Of a stretch of 37,457 bases of DNA, positions 10,081-18,200 are shown piece after piece. The first letter of the stretch is position 1; each line of letters opens with the position of its first letter. A program made the translations under genes and the position numbers. The DNA is from a virus: UHGV virus genome UHGV-1707574; one strand, 5' to 3'. The notes beneath the pieces were generated by a model. It saw only the letters and a list, made by a program, of their open reading frames with translations, had not been told where the DNA came from and made no database searches.

Positions 10081-11112
10081 ATGTCCAATTTACTGACCGT
10101 ACACCAAAATTTGCCTGCATTACCGGTCGATGCAACGAGTGATGAGGTTCGCAAGAACCTGATGGACATGTTCAGGGATCGCCAGGCGTTTTCTGAGCAT
10201 ACCTGGAAAATGCTTCTGTCCGTTTGCCGGTCGTGGGCGGCATGGTGCAAGTTAAATAACCGGAAATGGTTTCCCGCAGAACCTGAAGATGTTCGCGATT
10301 ATCTTCTATATCTTCAGGCGCGCGGTCTGGCAGTGAAAACTATCCAGCAACATTTGGGCCAGCTAAATATGCTTCATCGTCGGTCCGGGCTGCCACGACC
10401 AAGTGACAGCAATGCTGTTTCACTGGTCATGCGACGGATCCGAAAAGAAAACGTTGATGCCGGTGAGCGTGCAAAACAGGCGCTGGCGTTCGAACGCACT
10501 GATTTCGACCAGGTTCGTTCACTCATGGAAAATAGCGATCGCTGCCAGGATATACGTAATCTGGCATTTCTGGGGATTGCTTATAACACCCTGTTGCGTA
10601 TAGCCGAAATTTCTAGGATCAGAGTTAAAGATATCTCACGTACTGACGGTGGGAGAATGTTAATCCATATTGGCAGAACGAAAACGCTGGTTAGCACCGC
10701 TGGTGTAGAGAAGGCACTTAGTCTGGGGGTAACTAAACTGGTTGAGCGATGGATTTCTGTCTCTGGTGTGGCTGATGATCCGAATAACTACTTGTTTTGC
10801 CGTGTCAGAAAAAATGGTGTTGCCGCGCCATCTGCCACCAGCCAGCTATCAACTCGCGCCCTGGAAGGGATTTTTGAAGCAACTCACCGATTGATTTACG
10901 GGGCTAAGGATGACTCTGGCCAGAGGTACCTGGCCTGGTCTGGACACAGTGCCCGTGTCGGAGCCGCGCGAGATATGGCCCGCGCCGGAGTTTCAATACC
11001 GGAGATCATGCAAGCTGGTGGCTGGACCAACGTAAATATTGTCATGAACTACATTCGTAACCTGGATAGTGAAACGGGGGCAATGGTGCGCCTGCTGGAA
11101 GATGGCGATTAG
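10081..11112 (+). CDS. cre: Cre tyrosine recombinase, 343 aa
   Basis: Protein MSNLLTVHQNLPALPVDATSDEVRKNLMDMFRDRQAFSEHTWKMLLSVCRSWAAWCKL... recognised as Cre; loxP about 420 bp upstream. Confidence 0.98.
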   Translation: MSNLLTVHQNLPALPVDATSDEVRKNLMDMFRDRQAFSEHTWKMLLSVCRSWAAWCKLNNRKWFPAEPEDVRDYLLYLQARGLAVKTIQQHLGQLNMLHRRSGLPRPSDSNAVSLVMRRIRKENVDAGERAKQALAFERTDFDQVRSLMENSDRCQDIRNLAFLGIAYNTLLRIAEISRIRVKDISRTDGGRMLIHIGRTKTLVSTAGVEKALSLGVTKLVERWISVSGVADDPNNYLFCRVRKNGVAAPSATSQLSTRALEGIFEATHRLIYGAKDDSGQRYLAWSGHSARVGAARDMARAGVSIPEIMQAGGWTNVNIVMNYIRNLDSETGAMVRLLEDGD

Positions 11113-11129
11113 CCGTTCATTTGCGCCAG

Positions 11130-11146
11130 ATTGCTCTAATTATTTG
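11130..11146 (+). promoter_or_regulatory. C1 operator-like site just downstream of cre
   Basis: ATTGCTCTAATTATTTG, perfect 11-bp core, 14/17 overall. Confidence 0.5.
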
Positions 11147-11477
11147 ATATTTATGGTGACACATGCGGAAGGATTTCAAAATAGACGGAAAATATGTGGT
11201 GCTGTCTGTAAGCTCTCAAATTCAGTCACCATCTGTCATTGTCACCGTAAAGTTGAGCGATAGGATGCCTGATATCGACTCGATATCTGTTGCGTTCCCC
11301 GTTAAAAGCATGCGGAGTGCTGAACATTTTGTGCTGAATGCAACGGAGGAGGAAGCGCGGCGCGGGCTTACTAGAGTGATGGCGGAATTTGGCGAACTCC
11401 TGGGTAAGGTAAACAATTCCCTTTCAATCAGTTCAGCAAGATCCAAAGCGTTAACAGCTTCCATGATGAAATAAAAA

Positions 11478-11498
11478 AGCCTGGCAAGGAGCCAGGCT
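11478..11498 (-). terminator. Intrinsic terminator-like hairpin oriented for the - strand
   Basis: AGCCTGGC-AAGGA-GCCAGGCT with an A6 run on the + side (a U-run on the - strand). Confidence 0.45.
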
Positions 11499-11604
11499 AC
11501 ACAAAAGAGCGGGTTTGTATTCCGCATCCAATCAATCAAGAAGGAGTATAGCACACAGGTACTGAAGTGAAAAAATGTGATTCGCGATAAACAAAATATC
11601 GACC

Positions 11605-11628
11605 ATTGCTCTAATTGATCGCTATAAT
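11605..11628 (+). promoter_or_regulatory. C1 operator overlapping a -10 hexamer (ref promoter)
   Basis: ATTGCTCTAATTGATCG (11605-11621) followed by TATAAT (11623-11628); ref is known to be C1-repressed. Confidence 0.65.
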
Positions 11629-11688
11629 TTAGCCGCAGTTTTTGTCAACTACGAAGACGTTGCCATTACTTAACTCCTTGACATCATT

Positions 11689-11714
11689 GGCGGCCATCAG
11701 GCCGCCTTTTTTTT
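11689..11714 (+). terminator. Terminator-like GC hairpin plus T8 directly abutting the ref start codon
   Basis: GGCGGCC-ATCA-GGCCGCC then TTTTTTTT; ref ATG 6 nt later with no SD. Confidence 0.55.
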
Positions 11715-11719
11715 GCCAT

Positions 11720-12280
11720 ATGAAAACAATCGAACAAAAAATTGAACAGCACCGTAAGTGGCAGAAGGCAGCCAGAGAACGAGCGATCGCTCGGCAACGG
11801 GAGAAGTTGGCTGATCCGGCCTGGCGAGAATCTCAATATCAGAAAATGCGGAATACTATCGACCGCCGTATCGCTAAACAGAAAGAGCGCCCACCAGCCA
11901 GCAAAACGCGGAAAAGCGCGGTAAAGATAAAATCTCGTGGCTTGAAGGGGCGAACACCGACAGCGGAGGAACGGAGCATCGCCAATGCTCTTGGCGCTCT
12001 CCCCTGCATTGCCTGCTACATGCATGGAGTAATATCTGAAGAGGTGTCTCTGCACCATATTTCCGGTCGTACCGCGCCTGGTTGTCACAAAAAGCAATTG
12101 CCACTTTGTAGATGGCACCACCAGCATGCAGCACCGGCTGAAGTAAGAGCAAAATACCCCTGGCTGGTCCCTGTTCATGCCGATGGTGTGGTTGGAGGCA
12201 AGAAAGAATTCACCCTGCTGAACAAGTCAGAGATGGAGTTACTGGCTGACGCCTATGAGATGGCAAACATCATGCACTAA
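11720..12280 (+). CDS. ref: Ref, recombination enhancement function (HNH-type endonuclease), 186 aa
   Basis: MKTIEQKIEQHRKWQKAARERAIARQ...; Cys/His cluster CIACYMHG...HHISGR...CRWHH; position after cre. Confidence 0.9.
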   Translation: MKTIEQKIEQHRKWQKAARERAIARQREKLADPAWRESQYQKMRNTIDRRIAKQKERPPASKTRKSAVKIKSRGLKGRTPTAEERSIANALGALPCIACYMHGVISEEVSLHHISGRTAPGCHKKQLPLCRWHHQHAAPAEVRAKYPWLVPVHADGVVGGKKEFTLLNKSEMELLADAYEMANIMH

Positions 12281-12319
12281 TAAATATATTATTTTTAATA
12301 ATAAATGATTGACAACTGA

Positions 12320-12338
12320 CAAGTGACTTCAGTCAGAA
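12320..12338 (+). promoter_or_regulatory. Candidate late promoter element upstream of the mat-like gene
   Basis: CAAGTGACT-N4-TCAGAA, same 9-mer as upstream of prt. Confidence 0.35.
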
Positions 12339-12430
12339 TCATCACATGCCCGGTACGGATGGATCCCTTTTCAAATATTCCATGGACGGCACAGTCTGAG
12401 TACCGGGCGCTACCTTCAGTTGTATTGCTA

Positions 12431-12457
12431 AGCCGCCGCTGGTGGCTTTTCTTTTTT
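12431..12457 (+). terminator. Hairpin plus T-run immediately upstream of the mat-like start
   Basis: AGCCGCC-GCT-GGTGGCT followed by TTTTCTTTTTT. Confidence 0.35.
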
Positions 12458-12468
12458 GTAGGGGCGTT

Positions 12469-13110
12469 ATGGATAAGAAAATATGCGTTGTTTCGATGAG
12501 CGTCGGCAAACCGGCATCAATGACTGCTGCATGGATCAATAACGAGCTGATAATGGCTGAGCGGACCAGCTACCCTGAACGCCGCCGCGATATGGAACTC
12601 CAGCTGCTGCGCGAATTGCGAGAAAAAGAGGAAAAGGGTTTTATCGTGCTGGTGGAAGAGGAAAACAGCTTTATTACTGGTCGAGTTGGCCAGCGTGTAA
12701 GGTTGCGCGATCCCTTCATGAACGGCAGGCCGGTACTAATTGAGGCAATGCAGATTTATAAGGAGCTGGAACGCCAGAAAGCAATCAAGTTACCGCGCAA
12801 GGAATCCGGCAAATACATCCTCCACCAAAGCATCTTCGATTCCGAACACGATAAAAAAGGCGATGAATTTTTCAACATCAACTGGAGCGAAATAACGACA
12901 GAGCACGTTCTGACGTTGTTATGCTGCTTCGCAACGGAATATAACAACGTTGCAAGCGCCGACTACATTAGGGCAATGGCAGGAGAAGTTGATGCCCGCC
13001 AGGAATCATCGTTACTAAGCCCTCTGATTAACATAATTCGCGGAACCCAAACACTGGCACAAAAACGGGTGCCTAAAGGGGAGTTAACTGGAAAAGGAAA
13101 TTATCTATAA
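12469..13110 (+). CDS. mat: Mat-like protein (particle maturation), about 213 aa; name by synteny only
   Basis: ORF 12442-13110, most likely ATG at 12469 (MDKKICVV...); composition like the P1 backbone; follows ref. Confidence 0.6.
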   Translation: MDKKICVVSMSVGKPASMTAAWINNELIMAERTSYPERRRDMELQLLRELREKEEKGFIVLVEEENSFITGRVGQRVRLRDPFMNGRPVLIEAMQIYKELERQKAIKLPRKESGKYILHQSIFDSEHDKKGDEFFNINWSEITTEHVLTLLCCFATEYNNVASADYIRAMAGEVDARQESSLLSPLINIIRGTQTLAQKRVPKGELTGKGNYL

Positions 13111-13166
13111 ACGTCAATGCATTAGGGTATACTTCTCCATAGAACTATAAGTAAATGGAGTAAGTA

Positions 13167-14474
13167 ATGAGCGAATATGTTGAGTTAGCATACGCTGCCG
13201 CTACAAGCAGGCTTTGTCTATTTACCGGGACTGGCTTTTCAAAGGCAGTCTCGAACGGTGAAGCTCCAACGTGGAAGGAACTATTAAAAAAAGTTTGCAG
13301 CAAAGTTCACAATGCCAAAAAGTTGGAAGACACGTTATTCCCTGATGATAAACCACCAGCACTGAGTCTTGAAGAAGCCGCACAAATACTATCTTTGAAG
13401 CTCAATATTGAGGGTAAGTCGATTTATGATGAAATTGTTGACATCATATCTCCAATTCAACTTGGAGAAGACATATCAAATATAAAAGATTTTTTCCAAA
13501 AAAACTCATTCCGTGTCATTACAACAAATTATGACAAGTTGGCTGAATGCTTGGTTGGAGATGAAAGTGTGCAGTCTATCACGCCCGGCCTGCCAATTCC
13601 AAAGTATCCATCCAAGGTGAAAATATATCATGTTCATGGTTCTATTGATTCGCCAAAAAATATGATTGTCACTTCAGATGATTACTTCAGATTTATAAAT
13701 TCCGATACTTATTTTTCACGAAAACTTAGTACGATGCTGCATGAAAATACAGTTGCGATATTAGGGTATTCTTTAAGCGACACAAATCTTAAAGCAATTA
13801 TAAATGACTATAAAAAATTTTCGAAAAATAATGCCCTGTGCTCTAATATCTTTTTGATATCTCGCAACAAAGTAAGTCAAGATATGAAGGATTATTACTT
13901 CTATTGCTTTGGTATAAGGGTAATTGACAATACAGAAATAGATTGTTTCTTTAGTCGATTAAGTTATAAGATTTCTCTCATTAAAGACATCATTGAAAGA
14001 GCGCGCGAAAATATCAGAAAAGTTGTTTCGGGGGCTTACACTTATAAAAATGAATATCTTAAATTAGAGGATTCATTTTATCAAATTATATCATCAATTA
14101 TATCGGAAGGTTTAGATTGGAATGATGATAAAGTCGTTTCTCTTTTCGAAAGGATAATAGAAAAAAAGAGAAAGTTAACAAGGAATAACGGAGCGTGGGA
14201 GCAATATGAACAGTTGGCAAAATGGCTTATATATTTTGGAAGCATCATAGAGGTTAGCAATACTAAGTATGAAAAAACATATTTAGACGCAGTTGAATAC
14301 TCGATGGGTCATATGAGTAAAGAAAGGAATTGGGGAGTTTCTTGGCATGCTTACAGAGCTTGGGAAACACGATGGCCTGCAATAATTGCCTCAAATAGAT
14401 TAATGATAAAAAACCACATTGAAACATTAGGCACCTTGAAGGACGCCAACCTTATAGTTAAGAATATAGTGTAA
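13167..14474 (+). CDS. SIR2-like (sirtuin/ThsA-type NADase fold) protein with unassigned C-terminal domain, 435 aa; candidate standalone anti-phage defence gene
   Basis: ATG 13167 with GGAG SD; motifs LFTGTGFS (res 19-26), ITTNYD (N121), IYHVHGS (H157); strongly AT-rich relative to flanks; terminator downstream. Confidence 0.8.
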   Translation: MSEYVELAYAAATSRLCLFTGTGFSKAVSNGEAPTWKELLKKVCSKVHNAKKLEDTLFPDDKPPALSLEEAAQILSLKLNIEGKSIYDEIVDIISPIQLGEDISNIKDFFQKNSFRVITTNYDKLAECLVGDESVQSITPGLPIPKYPSKVKIYHVHGSIDSPKNMIVTSDDYFRFINSDTYFSRKLSTMLHENTVAILGYSLSDTNLKAIINDYKKFSKNNALCSNIFLISRNKVSQDMKDYYFYCFGIRVIDNTEIDCFFSRLSYKISLIKDIIERARENIRKVVSGAYTYKNEYLKLEDSFYQIISSIISEGLDWNDDKVVSLFERIIEKKRKLTRNNGAWEQYEQLAKWLIYFGSIIEVSNTKYEKTYLDAVEYSMGHMSKERNWGVSWHAYRAWETRWPAIIASNRLMIKNHIETLGTLKDANLIVKNIV

Positions 14475-14489
14475 TTGTGGTCGATAAAA

Positions 14490-14521
14490 ATTTATCGGGC
14501 AGATAAAACTGCCCGATAAAT
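14490..14521. terminator. Bidirectional intrinsic terminator between the SIR2-like gene and lxc
   Basis: ATCGGGCAG-ATAAAA-CTGCCCGAT flanked by A/T runs on both sides. Confidence 0.7.
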
Positions 14522-14769
14522 TAATCAGCATTCAGGAGCAATGCGTTATCTATGATGATCTGCTCCCATTCTTCGAATGCCCGGTCACGGACGCCCTGGG
14601 GAACGCTGTTAGTTTTGAAATCGACGACCGTACGCCATTTCCCGTCCGGACGGTACATGCGCAGAGCTTTACTTCCCCCTTCCCTGCGCACCTCAACGTT
14701 ATGCTTATCAGCAAACTCTTGTAATGCTCGTAGCGTCCCATGCTTTACTGTGTAGTATCGCTTTTTCAA
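14521..14769 (-). CDS. lxc: Lxc, modulator of C1 repressor activity, 82 aa
   Basis: 82-aa ORF, TTG start with GGAGAG SD; position immediately before ulx/darB. Confidence 0.8.
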   Translation of the reverse strand: MKKRYYTVKHGTLRALQEFADKHNVEVRREGGSKALRMYRPDGKWRTVVDFKTNSVPQGVRDRAFEEWEQIIIDNALLLNAD

Positions 14770-15206
14770 GTTTTCTCTCCAGCCTGTGCTAAGGCTTCAA
14801 CTTCCAAATCGTAAGACTCAAACTCATAGTCCTGGTCGTCAACCTCTTCAGGCACTGGCAGTAAATGCCAGGCTGAGTATATCTGACCATTATCAAAACG
14901 CTCCTGGCTGTAGAGCGTCGCAGCTATGAGCGTCAGCGCCGGGCGGTCATAACGGTAAATTTTGCGAACGTCACGGTCAACGAGACGACCGAAATTACCA
15001 TAACCGCGCTCCAGTAATAATTTTTTAATTTCCGGCCAGTATGGACCATAGCTGCGGTACAGGCGGGGATTTTTCAGTAATCGCCCGCGTAGCCCTGACA
15101 GGAAGAAATCAACGTATTCGTCTTCTGTCTTTCCTAACAACGCTGTACGGAGTACCGCCTCAAGATATGTTTTATTCGGTTTTATTGTATCAGATAGTGT
15201 GGCCAT
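14766..15206 (-). CDS. ulx: Ulx-like protein, 146 aa (upstream of lxc)
   Basis: ATG 15206; stop overlaps the lxc start; name by synteny. Confidence 0.6.
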   Translation of the reverse strand: MATLSDTIKPNKTYLEAVLRTALLGKTEDEYVDFFLSGLRGRLLKNPRLYRSYGPYWPEIKKLLLERGYGNFGRLVDRDVRKIYRYDRPALTLIAATLYSQERFDNGQIYSAWHLLPVPEEVDDQDYEFESYDLEVEALAQAGEKT

Positions 15207-15239
15207 ATTATGCGACGCCCGGCGAACCGGGCGCTCCTG

Positions 15240-18200
15240 TTATGCGTATTGTTGGATGACGGCCAGAACGTCCGCCACGTTGTGTTTTGTCTCGATAATC
15301 CACCAGTTACCCGGGAAATCGCTGTTCTTCGCCTTCGCTGGCAGCCAGCGAGCGCCGAATTTCGCCTTGATTGCGTCTTTCGCACGGAAAAGAACGCCTT
15401 TCATGCCTGAGGCTTCCTGAAGCCCAAATACCTCGCCAGCGGCGAATTTTGGTGCGTACATCATCTTCAGGTCGGCGGTGGATACGCGATAATTCAGACC
15501 AAGAGACTGAGCTATGCTGGTGGCATCACCCTGTATTGATGATAACTCTTCTTGTTTCTCGTTTCTGGCGGCAATTTCTTCCTCCGTGATGTTGCCAAGG
15601 GCCAGGTTTATCCGATCAGCGTCGGCCTGTTTCTCTTCATCGGTGCGCCCGGCAAGAACCGTGTTAATTCTCTGCAATATCTCCACATGATTCTTACGCA
15701 TGCTGAGCAATTCCGGCGTAACTTCGTTAAGATCCACCAGCCCAAGGATGGCAAGGTCGGAAAACATTGATACCAGGTTGTAGGTCATGCGATAGCTGAG
15801 TTGGCCATAGGCTGATGGCAACTGCACCGCATCCATTTTATAGGCATCCATAAATTTAGAGCCGTCGTTTACGACATCCGCAATTGCCGGTGTGATTTTT
15901 CCTGTGGTGGCGGCCTCCCTGATTGCTGTTACCCACGATTGAGTCAGCGCGGAAACTGCATGATTCAGATTGGCTTTGCGTTCTGCTGCAATGCGCGCGC
16001 TTGCAGCGTCCATTGACTGTTTGATCTCGTCTTTATTGCTGTAAATGCCAATGGTGCCAAACTGTGCTGTGGTGATCTCATAATCTGACGCCCGGAACTC
16101 ATTGGTACCGAAAATGGCATTGGTGACTTCAAGTTCAGAATCCCCGTTACGAGTAGCCCCCTGGCTTGTTTTTTCCGGCATTCTGGCGATCGCATCCGCT
16201 ATTTTCTCCTGAATTGCTTCAGGGGATAGCGTATCTCCGTATGACGCGATTACATCGCCATAATTGGAGCCAAACAGTTCAACCAGGAATGTTTCTGCCG
16301 AACGGATCTGGCGGTTATTCCCTTCCGACATCATACCAAGCACCCATTTTGCAATTGACGACTTCAGCGCGCCGTCACGGCGATCCGGGTAAACCGCATG
16401 CTTCAGTGGGTCCGTATAGGTACCAACAAAATCAATGCTATAGCCTGACTCTGTAGTCTGAACGCCGTATGAGTCAGTGATTTTGATCATGCCGCGCTGC
16501 TGGAAACGGTAGAAATCGTCACAGGAAATGATGTCGTTAATCCCGGCGATGGAGACGCCGCCACTGATTTTCTGCATAACAGCATCTTCATCGGGAGTTA
16601 CATCAACCTGTTTATCCAGCGTCTTCACATCCCAGTTACCCGATTTGGTGCCTTTGAAGGTAAAGATGATCTCCACGTCTGCGCGCTGGCTGTCGAAGTC
16701 CAGCGACTTAATGCGAACGATATCACCGGCACAATCGTAGTATTGGCCTACACGCCATGAGCGATCGCCGATAACAAGGAACTCACTCGCATGGTTAACC
16801 AGGTCAGGATCAACATCCAGAATGCCTTTATTTATTGCATCCTCCACCAGCGGGCGCAGGCGTTTGATATCCGTCGCGGCCTTCTGAGTACGGTTCAATA
16901 ATTTCTCATAGCGGGAGATGGCTTGAGAGATATTAGCCTTGCGCTGAATGGCGTTTTTCAACGACGCGCGATACTGTGCTAACAACATACGGTCTGTGTG
17001 ATGGACGCTCCCCCAGCGGGCCTTCCAGTCTGCGTTATCAGCTGCTTTGGCCATTACCGCCTGTTTGAATTTAGCTACCTCGGCGGTGGTCTTTTCAAGT
17101 TCCGCTTTGCTTCGCTCTAATTCAGCGGTAAGTACCTCCACATCCTCGCCAGCTGCGTGCTGCGCCTTGATGTAGTTCTGAAGGTCGATAGTAGCCTGTT
17201 CTTTCTGGCGAGCGCGTTGCGCGGCTTTCGCCTTATCCATTTGAACCTGCATCATTGCCAGACGTTCGCCATCATCCTTAGCGGTATACATCTGCATTTC
17301 GATCATTTCGTTGGCGTCGGCGTTCTCCATTTCAGACTTATCTGAGCGGAGGATATCGGAGATCCAGCCTGCTTTACGCTTCAGCGTCTTCAGTCGGTAT
17401 TCATCGAAAGAACCCTTGCCGCAGTAGTAGTGAACGCGAACGCTTGCACGGTTGGAGCCAACTCGTGCACCGCGACCGTTACGTTGTGCGATACTGGCTG
17501 GTGTCCACGGCAACGTCAGGTGGTGGATATCCGTCGTTCCTCGATGCAGGTTGATACCCACCTCTGCCTTTTTGTTGCAGATGATGATCGGAGTCCGGCC
17601 CTCCTGGAAGTCGGCTGCAATCTTTTCCAGACCGCCCAACGACATTTCATTTTGCTGCGCGATATAGGCGTCATACAGAGCCATTTGCTCGTTGTATTTC
17701 GCTATCTGTGCATCTGTTGGTTCATCCGGTAGCTCTTTCGGCGGTTTAACCGCTTTCAGTTTCTTACCGGTTTTACCTGCCTCGGCAACCGTCTGAGCAT
17801 TCAGGATCCCCACCTTTGAAGGTTCAAGGTTAAGAGCATTGCAGATAATGCGCTTGAGCTTCTGGTGTTGCGTTTTTTCATCGGTGAAGATGATTTGCTT
17901 ACCTTCCGGGAAAAACTCCTTCAGCGTGGCAATCAGCTTCGCGTATTTGGGCGTAACGGGGTGAGTTACGGTCTGTTCGTCAATGCCAAACCTGGCCAGG
18001 CGCTTATTCACTTCCTGCTCGAACGCTTCCGGAACCTGCAACTGAATAAACTCGCCCTTATCTATCAGGGAGTATTGCGATTGCTGCGTGATTGAATCAT
18101 CACTGTCGTCGTCTTCGCTGGTGGCTTGTTTAGGCAAACTGTCCGCCAGCTGCTGCACCGCATCGGCGTACTCCGGCAGGAAACGATAGGTGATCCGGCG

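Noticed and set aside
11222-11554. 110-aa - strand ORF between cre and ref
   Set aside because: A terminator-like hairpin with a U-run lies inside it in the same orientation; it may be the remembered cra position but I could not support it as a gene.
13837-13853. C1-operator-like core (GCTCTAAT) inside the SIR2-like gene
   Set aside because: It scores 13/17, no better than what is expected in a very AT-rich coding region, and has no promoter nearby. A real operator cannot be excluded without binding data.
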